From Candidatus Helarchaeota archaeon (GTDB lineage Archaea; Asgardarchaeota; Lokiarchaeia; Helarchaeales; RDOG01): a stretch of DNA of 30,024 nt. This document shows positions 1 to 9,412 of this stretch, one piece after another. The number at the start of each line of letters is the position of its first letter. The stretch's first letter is position 1. Location: contig JALGVI010000038.1 of assembly GCA_029838215.1 (NCBI GenBank), forward strand, positions 1-30,024, read 5' to 3'. A model generated the notes under the pieces. That model worked only from the letters and a program-made list of their open reading frames with translations. It searched no databases and had not been told where the DNA came from. Both the position numbers and the translations under genes were made by a program.

Positions 1-83
1 AGTAACTTATTTATTTATTTTTTTACATGATAGAATGTTTCAATTTAGAATCATGTTTACAAGTTATTTTGAGATGTCAATTA

Positions 84-1193
84 ATGGATGTCAAATCATC
101 AGAACTCAAAAAGCAAGTTGAACAATGCACGGAATGTGAAATCTGCTTTGATTATTGTCCGACTTTTAGGGTAACTAAAAATCGACTTTTTTCACCGATC
201 GGACGTTTAGAAACTGCTAAAATCATTTTCAATAATGATGATGTTTCCGATGAACAGGTGGAAGCGATATTGAATTGTCCTGAGTGTGGAGAATGCGAAC
301 CCGTCTGTCCAGAAAGCATTAGAATAAGTGATATTGTGGCGACAGCTCGAGTCGAACTTGCAAAAAGCAATAAAATTCCGCTTAACAGGCAAGAAAAAAT
401 AATGAATGGTATCATCAAGACAGGCAATTCAGTCCGCGGCAATCCCGAAGCCCGCCTCAACTGGCTTCCAGAACCTTATATTGAACACGAATCGGATACG
501 TTATTCTTCGCGGGATGCCTTCCATCATTTCTCGTACCTCAAGTTGCGACAAGTTCATACATGGCACTCAAGCAGGCAGGAATTGATTTTCAAATTCTAA
601 AGGAAGAAGGTTGTTGTGGAATCTACTTTTATGATGCGGGAAAACGAGATTTAGCTGAACAAGAGTTCCGGAAAAATGTTGAGCGATTTAAATCTTTAGG
701 CATAAAGCGGATCATTGTTGCTTGTGTTGGCTGTTATCGCTGTTTTAAAGTCTATTATCCCGATATTCTCGGTTCAACGGATTTCGAAGTCCTTCATGTT
801 TCAGAAATCCTTGCCGAACAACAATATTTAAGCAAGATTCAAAAAGACCCCAATGAAAAAGCAGTAACTTATCACGACCCATGTCGCTTGGGTCGAAAGA
901 GTGGAATTTACAAGGCACCGAGGGAATTACTCGAGGCACGCGGAATGACAATAGAGGAATTACCCCGAAATCAAGAAAACGGAATTTGTTGCGGTGCAGG
1001 AGCGGGTATCAGGTCTTTATATGCAGGACTATCGATGGATATTGCAGAGTCTCTTTTAAATAGCACTCCAGAAGATGAAATAGTCACTTCTTGCTCGTTC
1101 TGTCTATTTAACCTCAGTCAGGCTGCAAAAAAGCGTGGAATAAACAAAAAAATCCGATTCATTACGGAAGTCATTATTGAAAAAAACGAATAA
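84..1193 (+). CDS. HdrD/GlpC-like (Fe-S)-binding oxidoreductase (2x[4Fe-4S] + two CCG domains)
   Basis: CTECEICFDYCP and CPECGECEPVCP ferredoxin motifs; CCG-domain motifs FAGC, EGCCG, ACVGC, HDPCRLGR, CCGAGAG, SCSFC. The ORF track starts at 27, but ATG 84 (MDVKSS) fits the domain boundary better. Confidence 0.85.
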   Translation: MDVKSSELKKQVEQCTECEICFDYCPTFRVTKNRLFSPIGRLETAKIIFNNDDVSDEQVEAILNCPECGECEPVCPESIRISDIVATARVELAKSNKIPLNRQEKIMNGIIKTGNSVRGNPEARLNWLPEPYIEHESDTLFFAGCLPSFLVPQVATSSYMALKQAGIDFQILKEEGCCGIYFYDAGKRDLAEQEFRKNVERFKSLGIKRIIVACVGCYRCFKVYYPDILGSTDFEVLHVSEILAEQQYLSKIQKDPNEKAVTYHDPCRLGRKSGIYKAPRELLEARGMTIEELPRNQENGICCGAGAGIRSLYAGLSMDIAESLLNSTPEDEIVTSCSFCLFNLSQAAKKRGINKKIRFITEVIIEKNE

Positions 1194-1621
1194 ATACAAA
1201 TAAAATGACATGAATGGATATTGGTAGAGCTAATTATAGAATAACACTGTCATGTTCCCAAATATAGAAACATTAGCCGAAAAGAAAATGAATGATCAGG
1301 ATCTCAGAAAAGTTAAATGGTCGCTCGCAAATAAAATCGATTATTAATCTAAACCATCAATTGAGTGCAACAAAATAAAAAACTACTTTGTCTTCCCCAT
1401 CAACATTGCTCTATTCTTTCAAGTATTGATCAGTTGATAAAAATTTACTAGATTCTTCTGTAAAAATTAATAAAAATTGCTTTTAAAAAAATTTATAAAG
1501 AAATGCGGTGATTAGTTATCAAATTTGCAAATCTTTTTTTGGTCTAATAACAACCAAAAAAATGGTCATCTCAAGATTTGAGGATTATTATGAAATGATT
1601 TAAAAAACAGGTGTTTTTTAT

Positions 1622-3235
1622 ATGAGTTTAATTAAAACAACAAAAAGCCTTTGCCCTGAATGCAAAAAGGTAATAGATGCCGAAATAAAGGAAGTTAACG
1701 GCGAAGTTTACATGTACAAAACCTGCAAGGAACATGGGGATTTTGAGGATCTCTTGTCAATCAATGCAGAACATTTTAAATGGTCTCAACAATTCATGAT
1801 TGATGGTCAAAAGCCGGATCATACTTGCGTTCCAACAAAAAAAGGCTGTCCGTATGATTGTGGTTCCTGCCCTAATCACAAAAGTTCACCCGCAATTGCC
1901 ATCGTTGATGTTACTTATCGGTGCAATCTAAAATGTCCTATTTGCTTTGCCAATGCCGAAGCAAGAGGGTTAAATTATGAGCCCAGCTTTGATGAACTAG
2001 TGAGAATTTTTAGGCATTTTAGAGAAAACATCAAGCCACAACCGCCAATAGTTGCGATGTATGCTGGAGGAGAACCAACCATGCGAAAAGATCTTCCAGA
2101 ATTATTAACGGAATGTCTGAACATGGGCTATCAACAGCTGCAAATCGCAACAAATGGAATAAAATTGACAAATATTGATTATTTCCAAGAATTGATAGAT
2201 GCGGGAATGCCGAAAGGATCAAAAAATAACAGGACTCGAACGGTTCTTTACTTGCAATTTGACGGTCTTGAACCTGAAACTTACAAGAAGACCAGAGGCG
2301 TGGACTTATTAGACAAAAAACTGAAAGTTATTGAGAACGCAAGAGAATTAAATTATCCAAACGTCATACTCGTGCCTACAATAGCAAATGACGTGAACGC
2401 ACACGAAGTTACCAACATCCTTCAATTTGCAATAGATAATATAGATGTCATTAATACGATAATGTACCAACCAATTGCTCTATGTGGTCGATATGATAAA
2501 ACAAGATTAAAAGAATTGCGAATAACATCATCCCATCTTGCAAAAGATCTAATAGAGTATTCAAATGGTAAAGTGGGAAAGACTTATCCATTACCGACCA
2601 TTTCTAAATTTGCCAAGTGCATTGCGTGGTTAAATGATGAACCACCGGTCGAATTCACGTGTTCTGCAGATTGTGGCTTTGCAAATTTTATGCTCGTTGA
2701 TCCAAAAACCAAAGAATTGACGGGCATCGAAGAACTCTTTGATTCTGAAGAATTCTTACGGCGAGCTTCGAAATGGTATGAACGAATCGAACGCGAAAAA
2801 CGATGGGAACGTGAACAAAAGACCAAGCCTTCATTAATACAACGTGCTTTAGCAAGAGTTCGAAAAGATGCCATGAAAGCCAGAATGTTCGCAGATTTAT
2901 CTTTGGCAATTCGCGATCCTGCAATGGTAACTCAAAAGCTCTACACGCACTTCAAAGATTTAATATTCAAGACTTCATGGGAATCAAGTAGCAATTGGCT
3001 TGTAGATGGAAATATACTTCTTGTCGGACTAATGCATTTTCAAGACCTATATGATTTTGATCTCAATCGGGTTAGTCGTTGTTTGGTCCACTATGGATAC
3101 ATTGATCCCGCGACCAACCAAGTCAGGCAGGTGCCATTCTGCGCAATGAATGCAATTCATCGAGAACGAATAGAAGATGAATTACAAGCAGCCCATAAGA
3201 TCGTAGAATACGTTCCTGAAATTAAAACGCAATAA
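1622..3235 (+). CDS. tes: Radical SAM protein of the tetraether lipid synthase (Tes/GDGT-MAS, MJ0619-like) family
   Basis: N-terminal CPEC...CKEH metal site; GCPYDCGSCPNH auxiliary cluster motif; radical SAM CNLKCPIC; AGGEPT; ATNG; YLQFDG; C-terminal DCG, LMHFQD.Y.FD..RV.RC..HY and PFC..N..HR. This motif order matches MJ0619 as recalled. Tes versus a close paralog cannot be settled by eye. Confidence 0.8.
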   Translation: MSLIKTTKSLCPECKKVIDAEIKEVNGEVYMYKTCKEHGDFEDLLSINAEHFKWSQQFMIDGQKPDHTCVPTKKGCPYDCGSCPNHKSSPAIAIVDVTYRCNLKCPICFANAEARGLNYEPSFDELVRIFRHFRENIKPQPPIVAMYAGGEPTMRKDLPELLTECLNMGYQQLQIATNGIKLTNIDYFQELIDAGMPKGSKNNRTRTVLYLQFDGLEPETYKKTRGVDLLDKKLKVIENARELNYPNVILVPTIANDVNAHEVTNILQFAIDNIDVINTIMYQPIALCGRYDKTRLKELRITSSHLAKDLIEYSNGKVGKTYPLPTISKFAKCIAWLNDEPPVEFTCSADCGFANFMLVDPKTKELTGIEELFDSEEFLRRASKWYERIEREKRWEREQKTKPSLIQRALARVRKDAMKARMFADLSLAIRDPAMVTQKLYTHFKDLIFKTSWESSSNWLVDGNILLVGLMHFQDLYDFDLNRVSRCLVHYGYIDPATNQVRQVPFCAMNAIHRERIEDELQAAHKIVEYVPEIKTQ

Positions 3236-3245
3236 AATTGTCCCA

Positions 3246-3289
3246 TTTTTTTTCTCTATTTATTTTTTATTGTTTTTATCTTTTTTTTT
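3246..3289 (+). terminator. Oligo-T archaeal-type terminator
   Basis: Several T-runs starting 11 nt after the stop of the tes-like gene. Confidence 0.5.
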
Positions 3290-3476
3290 GAAGAAATAAC
3301 TTACTAGAGAGAAGAAATTATCTCCTGAAATCATCAGTAACTAACATAAAAAATATGTCTGACTTGAGATAATAAAATTCTAGTGACACAACAAATGAGA
3401 TTAGCCTTAAATGACGATTTGTAGTATTGTTTTTTAACGTGTTAATCCGAAATCAGAGCATTCAAGGATTAACTAT

Positions 3477-4871
3477 TTGAAAAAGAGTAAAGGTGAAATA
3501 AATTTGGAAAAATATGATGTTTTAATCGTAGGTGGCGGTCCTGGTGGCTCGATTGCCGGCAAAATTGCAGCCGAAAATGGTCTTAAGGCGGTCATTTTCG
3601 AGCGTGGCAAGAATTCCGGTGAAAAGAATGCATCAGGAGTTGGCTTGACACCTAAAATTTGGCGTGATTTTCCAGAATTTATGAAGAAAATGGATTTACC
3701 CAGCCAACGCGTGGCAAGAATGTGCACTGCCCACCTTACGGATGAAAAAGGTGAAATAATTTCAGAATTAGCGTGGACACCTTCAAAATTGAACACCTAC
3801 AAAGAGGCTCGAGAATTCATGACCGTGATGGTCTATAGATCTCAGTTTGACAAGTGGCTATCAGAGCTAGCTGTTGAAGCAGGAGCAGAATTAAAAACCT
3901 CAACATTGATCATGGACGTTTTACGCGATGATAGAGGAAAGATCATTGGCGTCGTTGATGAAAGCGGAAACAAATATCAGGGAATTGTAATAGCAGCAGA
4001 TGGAGCAATGTCCACGATAGCCCATAAATCAGGAATTCGTTCAAAATTTGGACCATTCGATACAACTTTAGTCGTGAATTACGACTTTGAAGCGCCCGTT
4101 GATAAAATTGACGATATTATTGGAGATAATGCATTGCACACGTGGTTTGGACCATTATATCCCGGAGTTTATCATTTCTTCAAAAAAGATGGGTTTCACA
4201 TTGGTTTAGGACAATGGTTTGGTTCCATCACTAAAAATTTGCGAACCTATCTAGACACGTGCATTAGATCACCTCCAGTTGCCAAGATGATCAAGCGATT
4301 GCATGCAAAGCCTCGGGAATTTCATGCACACATGCTTCCATGGTTACAATATCCGTTCAAAACGTTTGCTGAAAACGTGATGCTTGTAGGTGATGCCGCA
4401 GGATTTCCATGTCCATTAGAAGCCGAAGGCATCTGGCACGCGATGTATTCGGGTAAATTGGCAGCTTTGAATGCAAAAGAAGCCATTGACAACAGCGATA
4501 CCTCCGCAGAACAAATGAAAAAATATGAATTAGCATGGCAAGACTCCCCACTTGGCGAAGAATTTGCTGCAGGTAAAGAATTTCAAGAGTTCTGGGCGGG
4601 TCTTCCTTTTAATACCGAAAAAATTGGGATCATGAATGATTTAGTTAATGATGCGCTCAATCTTTTCACGGGTGCCACTTCTCACATTGAAATGAGTCGT
4701 ATGTTTTTCAGGCATCTTAGAGATGAAGCTCCTGAACTAGTGCCATTAATGCGAAAATATACCTTGCCTTACCTGGGACGAATAATGGAAGAAGAATTAA
4801 CAGACTATTCTCCATTAATGGGAATCTTGGATAAGATGCTCCCTAAAAAAGATAAGAGGAGGAAGAACTAA
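3477..4871 (+). CDS. FAD-dependent oxidoreductase, FixC / geranylgeranyl reductase superfamily
   Basis: VGGGPGG dinucleotide motif; ERGKNSGEKNASG (FixC-like); ADG; GDAAGFPCPLEAEGIWHAMYSGKLAA (GGR-like). TTG start. The stop overlaps the next ATG (TAATG). Confidence 0.85.
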   Translation: MKKSKGEINLEKYDVLIVGGGPGGSIAGKIAAENGLKAVIFERGKNSGEKNASGVGLTPKIWRDFPEFMKKMDLPSQRVARMCTAHLTDEKGEIISELAWTPSKLNTYKEAREFMTVMVYRSQFDKWLSELAVEAGAELKTSTLIMDVLRDDRGKIIGVVDESGNKYQGIVIAADGAMSTIAHKSGIRSKFGPFDTTLVVNYDFEAPVDKIDDIIGDNALHTWFGPLYPGVYHFFKKDGFHIGLGQWFGSITKNLRTYLDTCIRSPPVAKMIKRLHAKPREFHAHMLPWLQYPFKTFAENVMLVGDAAGFPCPLEAEGIWHAMYSGKLAALNAKEAIDNSDTSAEQMKKYELAWQDSPLGEEFAAGKEFQEFWAGLPFNTEKIGIMNDLVNDALNLFTGATSHIEMSRMFFRHLRDEAPELVPLMRKYTLPYLGRIMEEELTDYSPLMGILDKMLPKKDKRRKN

Positions 4872-5140
4872 TGGTTGCCCCATTCGAACAATTGATCCAT
4901 CGCGAGGGAGACTCGGGCGATTTCATCACGACAAACCCCGAAAACTGCGTTGCTTGTAAAAAATGCATGATCGTTTGCCCTGTAAATCTTTGGAAATTGG
5001 AAAACGGCAAGGCAGTCATTCGAGGTGAATACAAACAAATCTGTTTGGAATGTGGAAGTTGCTGGCAGATTTGTGATTATAATGCCATTAATTTCAAATA
5101 TCCAAAAGGTGGAACGGGCGTTATCTTTAGACGTGGATGA
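4871..5140 (+). CDS. FixX-like 2x[4Fe-4S] ferredoxin
   Basis: CVACKKCMIVCP and CLECGSCWQIC motifs; C-terminal YPKGGTGVIFRRG typical of FixX; translationally coupled to the flavoprotein. Confidence 0.85.
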   Translation: MVAPFEQLIHREGDSGDFITTNPENCVACKKCMIVCPVNLWKLENGKAVIRGEYKQICLECGSCWQICDYNAINFKYPKGGTGVIFRRG

Positions 5141-5149
5141 AAAAAACTA

Positions 5150-5176
5150 TTTTTTTCCCATTTTTTTTATTTTTTT
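5150..5176 (+). terminator. Oligo-T terminator
   Basis: T7, T8 and T7 runs directly after the ferredoxin stop. Confidence 0.5.
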
Positions 5177-5283
5177 AAATCCATTTTCATCGTAAATCAA
5201 ATTATCTTATTTTAATCATATCAAAATCCTTAAATCAAAAGTGCTTAATTGATAGATATTAAATCTCATGGCTCGTGTTTGAA

Positions 5284-6762
5284 ATGAATAAACTTGAACT
5301 TATCGATCACTTCTTTCATCCAAAGAACATCACGTTAATTGGAGTCAGCCGGAATTTGATGGGGCCTTCGGGCATGATTTTGGGAAACATGTTGCGAAGC
5401 AATTACAAAGGACCATTGTACCTGATCAATCCCAAAGTGGAAGAAGGAAAGAAAATCCTAGGTAAGCCCGTAAAAAGGAGTTTAAACGAAATTGGAACGA
5501 ATCTTGACTTGGTTTTTGTCATCGTTCCATCAAGAATCGTACCTGAAGTCCTTGAGAATTGCGGTCAGCATAATGCTCGAGCCGTCGTGATCATTTCGGC
5601 GGGTTTTGCCGAGTCCATCAGTTATGATAAAGAAAAAATCGCATTACAGGACGAAACGGTACGGATTGCACGAAAAAACGGATTTGTTTTTGCAGGACCA
5701 AATTGCAACGGCATTTACAGCGACGCAATTTCATTAAATGCGATTTTTGGACCTCGCGTGCGATGTTTGTCGGGCAACATATCATACGTGACGAGAGGAG
5801 GTACTGCAGGGATCCATTCGCTGATTCAAACAAGAGTAAGGGGCATTGGAGTTTCAAAACTAATAAATCTCGGCGATTCAGCTTGTCTTAAAATCCAAGA
5901 TTTGATCGAGTATTATGGACAAGATCCTGAAACCAAAATCATCGGCGCCTATACGGAAGGATTTGATGATGGTAAATCGTTCATCAGTATTGTCGAGAAG
6001 GTCACGGCGAAAAAACCCGTGGTTTTTTATAAATCTGGAGAAACCATTGCAGGCCAGAGAGCTGCATTGAGCCACGTTGGTGCGATCGCCGGGAAATTTA
6101 GCAGCAGGATATTCGAAGGTGTGGCGAGCCAGGCAGGACTAATTCCCGTGGAGAGCATTGATGAATTAGTTGATGTATGCACGTCATTCATGATCACGCA
6201 CGTCCCAAAAGGAAGAAATGTCGGAATTATAACGCCTGCGGGAAGCTTCGGAGTCATGGCTTCCGATGCTTGTAATAAAGAAGGATTGAACGTTCCGCCT
6301 TTAAATCCCGAAACTCTTCAGAAGATTGACAGGCTTCTTCCAGAATATTGGAGTCATAATAATCCCGTGGATCTCACGGATTCAATGAATTTTTCTGTTT
6401 TTGGCAAGATCATCCGAATCGTCTTAGAAGAAGAAACTTTTGATGGTCTAATAATTTTATTTAGTGACATTTCAGATAATCAAGGAACTATCATGGATTT
6501 CAGCATTGGAGAAAATCTCGTGGATGAAAAGAGCATTAATTTTTTCGCTGATATAGTGAAACAACAAATAAAAAGAATTTCCCGTTATATTGAAAAAGTT
6601 CGAAAACCCGTTTTTTTTCTCGGACCCGTTCAAGCCCAAAATGGACTTCCCGATTTCCTACGTGAACATAAAATCATCGTTCTACCAGAATTTCGAAGAA
6701 TTGCAAGAACTTTCAGGGCACTCGTAAAGTGGAATGAATTAAAAAAGAAGATAAGACAATGA
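5284..6762 (+). CDS. ADP-forming acyl-CoA synthetase alpha-subunit-like protein (CoA-binding domain + ligase domains)
   Basis: FFHPKNITLIGVS, YLINPK, IISAGFAE, GPNCNG, INLGD, YTEG, KSG, phospho-His motif AALSHVGAIAG, HNNPVDLT. Start may be GTG 5275 or ATG 5284. Confidence 0.85.
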   Translation: MNKLELIDHFFHPKNITLIGVSRNLMGPSGMILGNMLRSNYKGPLYLINPKVEEGKKILGKPVKRSLNEIGTNLDLVFVIVPSRIVPEVLENCGQHNARAVVIISAGFAESISYDKEKIALQDETVRIARKNGFVFAGPNCNGIYSDAISLNAIFGPRVRCLSGNISYVTRGGTAGIHSLIQTRVRGIGVSKLINLGDSACLKIQDLIEYYGQDPETKIIGAYTEGFDDGKSFISIVEKVTAKKPVVFYKSGETIAGQRAALSHVGAIAGKFSSRIFEGVASQAGLIPVESIDELVDVCTSFMITHVPKGRNVGIITPAGSFGVMASDACNKEGLNVPPLNPETLQKIDRLLPEYWSHNNPVDLTDSMNFSVFGKIIRIVLEEETFDGLIILFSDISDNQGTIMDFSIGENLVDEKSINFFADIVKQQIKRISRYIEKVRKPVFFLGPVQAQNGLPDFLREHKIIVLPEFRRIARTFRALVKWNELKKKIRQ

Positions 6763-7950
6763 TTAGCTTTCAGCGAGTTTTTCTACAACTCGAATCGTTA
6801 ACCGTAAAACATCTTCAATTCCCTTTCTCGAAACCTTTGACATATCATCTGTTTTGGTATGCACGTCTTTCATTGCTCCCATTGATTCTAACCAGCAGGC
6901 CTCAAAACCCTTTTGAAGCACGGGCATGAAGTCGCTCCATGCACCCACGGGCAAATAGACATTCTCATATGGAATGTTTAGCTCTTCGGCAGATTCTTCA
7001 AAGAGTTTTTTCAAGCGTTTCGATGCAATTTTTCTAGGCAAGCCGTATGAAGTAACATTTCCAAGCTTAGCATCGGTTCCCACGCCATCAAAATTAATGA
7101 ATAACGTGTTTTCTTTATCAAGTTCGCTCTCGTGCTGTTTAATGAATGCCCTTGCACCACCTAAATTCAGTTCTTCAGATCCCGGAATTAGAAATATGAA
7201 ACTCAGGTTTTTTGGTTGATTTTCTTTAAAAAATCGCGCTAATTCCAAAACCACCGCAAGGCTCACGCCATTATCAATGGCACCCGGAGAATCGTTGCCA
7301 ATCTTGTTGAAGTAGTTAGCGGCTGCTAAAACAACAGTTATTAATGCGAAAATGAAGACTGTCAGATTTAATGCATTCCATGTCGGAGATGCAACCGGAT
7401 CCATCAAAAATAGGAACAGATTTAAATATTTGATGACTCCACCTATAAGAATGAGAACAGACGTGATTAATGCACCGAAGATAGTGCCTATTAATACAAT
7501 AACTCTTAATGTCAGCGGAAAGGTCTGACTTTTAGTATCATAATGACCCATGAAGACAATCACTTGTTTTGAAGAGTCGGTTTCGAGTTTTCCATATATA
7601 TTTTCCGTTGTATATTTCTTTCCAAATCCTCCTAAATTAATATCACCGGCTCGGGTGAAGCCCATGGTACCAGCAACAAAAACAAGACTTAGAATGCCAC
7701 TCAACCAAGGAATGATGAAAAATAAAATGGCTATTATAAATAAAACAATACCAAGTAATGGAATTAAGTATCTTGCCATGATCCAATTGGAGAAATCCGT
7801 CTGGAATGTCTCCGAGACAGGAGTATAACAAATTTTCTCGAATTCTTTTTTAATGAGAGATTGTGCTTTCTTCTCACCTTCAGACCCCACCAAACGCGGA
7901 AATGCTATTTGTTCCGTGATGCGAAAAGCATTTTCTACATCTATTGACAT
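6763..7950 (-). CDS. Membrane-anchored M28-family zinc peptidase
   Basis: FPRLVGSEGE, GHYDTK, DNGVSLAVVLELA, GSEELNLGG, NFDGVG, SDF, VHTKTDD; four hydrophobic segments; GGAGG SD upstream of the ATG. Confidence 0.85.
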   Translation of the reverse strand: MSIDVENAFRITEQIAFPRLVGSEGEKKAQSLIKKEFEKICYTPVSETFQTDFSNWIMARYLIPLLGIVLFIIAILFFIIPWLSGILSLVFVAGTMGFTRAGDINLGGFGKKYTTENIYGKLETDSSKQVIVFMGHYDTKSQTFPLTLRVIVLIGTIFGALITSVLILIGGVIKYLNLFLFLMDPVASPTWNALNLTVFIFALITVVLAAANYFNKIGNDSPGAIDNGVSLAVVLELARFFKENQPKNLSFIFLIPGSEELNLGGARAFIKQHESELDKENTLFINFDGVGTDAKLGNVTSYGLPRKIASKRLKKLFEESAEELNIPYENVYLPVGAWSDFMPVLQKGFEACWLESMGAMKDVHTKTDDMSKVSRKGIEDVLRLTIRVVEKLAES

Positions 7951-8001
7951 GATTTGTCCTCCATTTACTCAAGAATCAGATTTAATTAATGATTATCTGA
8001 T

Positions 8002-8817
8002 TTATTTTTTAAGTTTAATAAGACCCAACGTGATTTTTGACTTGAATTTTTCTTCAACATCGAGAGAGCCATATTTTTGAATTGCAAATGATTCTAGCTT
8101 GTCCATCACACGATCGTGCAAATTCTTCGGTAGTTGTTTCGTCCAAGTATGTTGCTGATTTCTATGCTCGTAGAAGAAAGTTTTTAAATTCACTCGTCTG
8201 GAATGCTTGATTTTAATAGTCTCAACGAATCCACCGATTTCTTCAATGTATCGTGTTAGATCGGGATAATCTGCTCCATATATGTGTAAAGGCATTCCAA
8301 ATTCGTCTTCTCTTATACGGAGATATTCTTTTAGAATTGGGCTGGAACCGATGAAGTTTTTTCCAAATCCCCCAGTAATGATGACGAGCCTGCCTTCAGG
8401 AGCGATTATGCGTTTAATTTCATTAATTGCCTGTTTCCACTTTTCTAAAAGATGAATTGTGCGAATTGCCAGGACTAAATCAAATCGATCCTCTCTGAAA
8501 GGAAGAAAATAAGAATCTGCTTGAAAAACATCAGTCATTGCTACAAAACATCGTTCTCTTGCGATTTTTAACATCCTATGAGAAATATCAATGCCCAAGT
8601 AGTTTCCAGTAATTTTATCGAAGAGCAAATCGAGTATCATTCCAGTGCCGCAACCAATTTCTAAAATACGAAGGTTTTTGCTCGATGATAACTTGCTCAG
8701 GAAAAGATCTATCAAAAAAGGCACGTGTTCGGGCAGTTTTCGCGTTTTATCGTAAATATCGGCATATATATCGAAATTGAAATAACCGTCTTGCACTTTT
8801 GAACACTTCGTAATCAT
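8002..8817 (-). CDS. Class I SAM-dependent methyltransferase
   Basis: ILEIGCGTG motif I; GIDIS..ML; ADSYFLPF..DRFDLV; TIHLL. Confidence 0.85.
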   Translation of the reverse strand: MITKCSKVQDGYFNFDIYADIYDKTRKLPEHVPFLIDLFLSKLSSSKNLRILEIGCGTGMILDLLFDKITGNYLGIDISHRMLKIARERCFVAMTDVFQADSYFLPFREDRFDLVLAIRTIHLLEKWKQAINEIKRIIAPEGRLVIITGGFGKNFIGSSPILKEYLRIREDEFGMPLHIYGADYPDLTRYIEEIGGFVETIKIKHSRRVNLKTFFYEHRNQQHTWTKQLPKNLHDRVMDKLESFAIQKYGSLDVEEKFKSKITLGLIKLKK

Positions 8818-8930
8818 CGGAATGCTTAGTGATTTCGAAAAACTTCCAATAATTAAAAGTTCTAATTTAAAAAAAATATATTAATCATGTTCTGATAAAT
8901 ATCATTTAAAAAAGAGGATCGTGAGTTACT

Positions 8931-9401
8931 TTGGTCGAGATACGGACGTATGAGCCTTCTGATTATGAATCGGTTAAAAAACTGATGATTGAATTAACAA
9001 AGCATGCCAATGTGCAATTTGATGAAAATCGGTTTAAACGGACTTTAGATAGAAGATCTGTCGATAAATATAATCGTGAAGGAATTTTGGTTGCATTGGA
9101 TGATAATCGAAATGTCATTGGAATGGTAATGGCTGAAGTCTTGGTCAGTCCGTCAGTGGTTATTTACGGTTACATTTCAAACTTTGTAGTGCTTCCCAGT
9201 TACAGGGGTCGTGGTGTTGGTAAAGCATTGATTGATAAGGCATTTGAATTTTTTGCCGAGATGGGTGTATCCCGAGTTGAAACGAATGTCCGTAGCTTGA
9301 AAGATGCTGAAGGCAGATTATTTGAAAAATTCGGTTTTGAGAAGAAATATATTGTAATGGAAAAGAAAGTTGATATGGAGAAGTTTCTTCAGAAGTACTA
9401 A
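8931..9401 (+). CDS. GNAT-family N-acetyltransferase
   Basis: FVVLPSYRGRGVGKALI acetyl-CoA motif A; FEKFGF; TTG start after GAGGA SD. Confidence 0.85.
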   Translation: MVEIRTYEPSDYESVKKLMIELTKHANVQFDENRFKRTLDRRSVDKYNREGILVALDDNRNVIGMVMAEVLVSPSVVIYGYISNFVVLPSYRGRGVGKALIDKAFEFFAEMGVSRVETNVRSLKDAEGRLFEKFGFEKKYIVMEKKVDMEKFLQKY

Positions 9402-9412
9402 CTTTGAATCAG

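Noticed and set aside
1252-1347. 31-codon small ORF (MFPNIETLAEKK...) in the 428-nt spacer before the tes-like gene
   Set aside because: No SD, no motif, and a length expected by chance.
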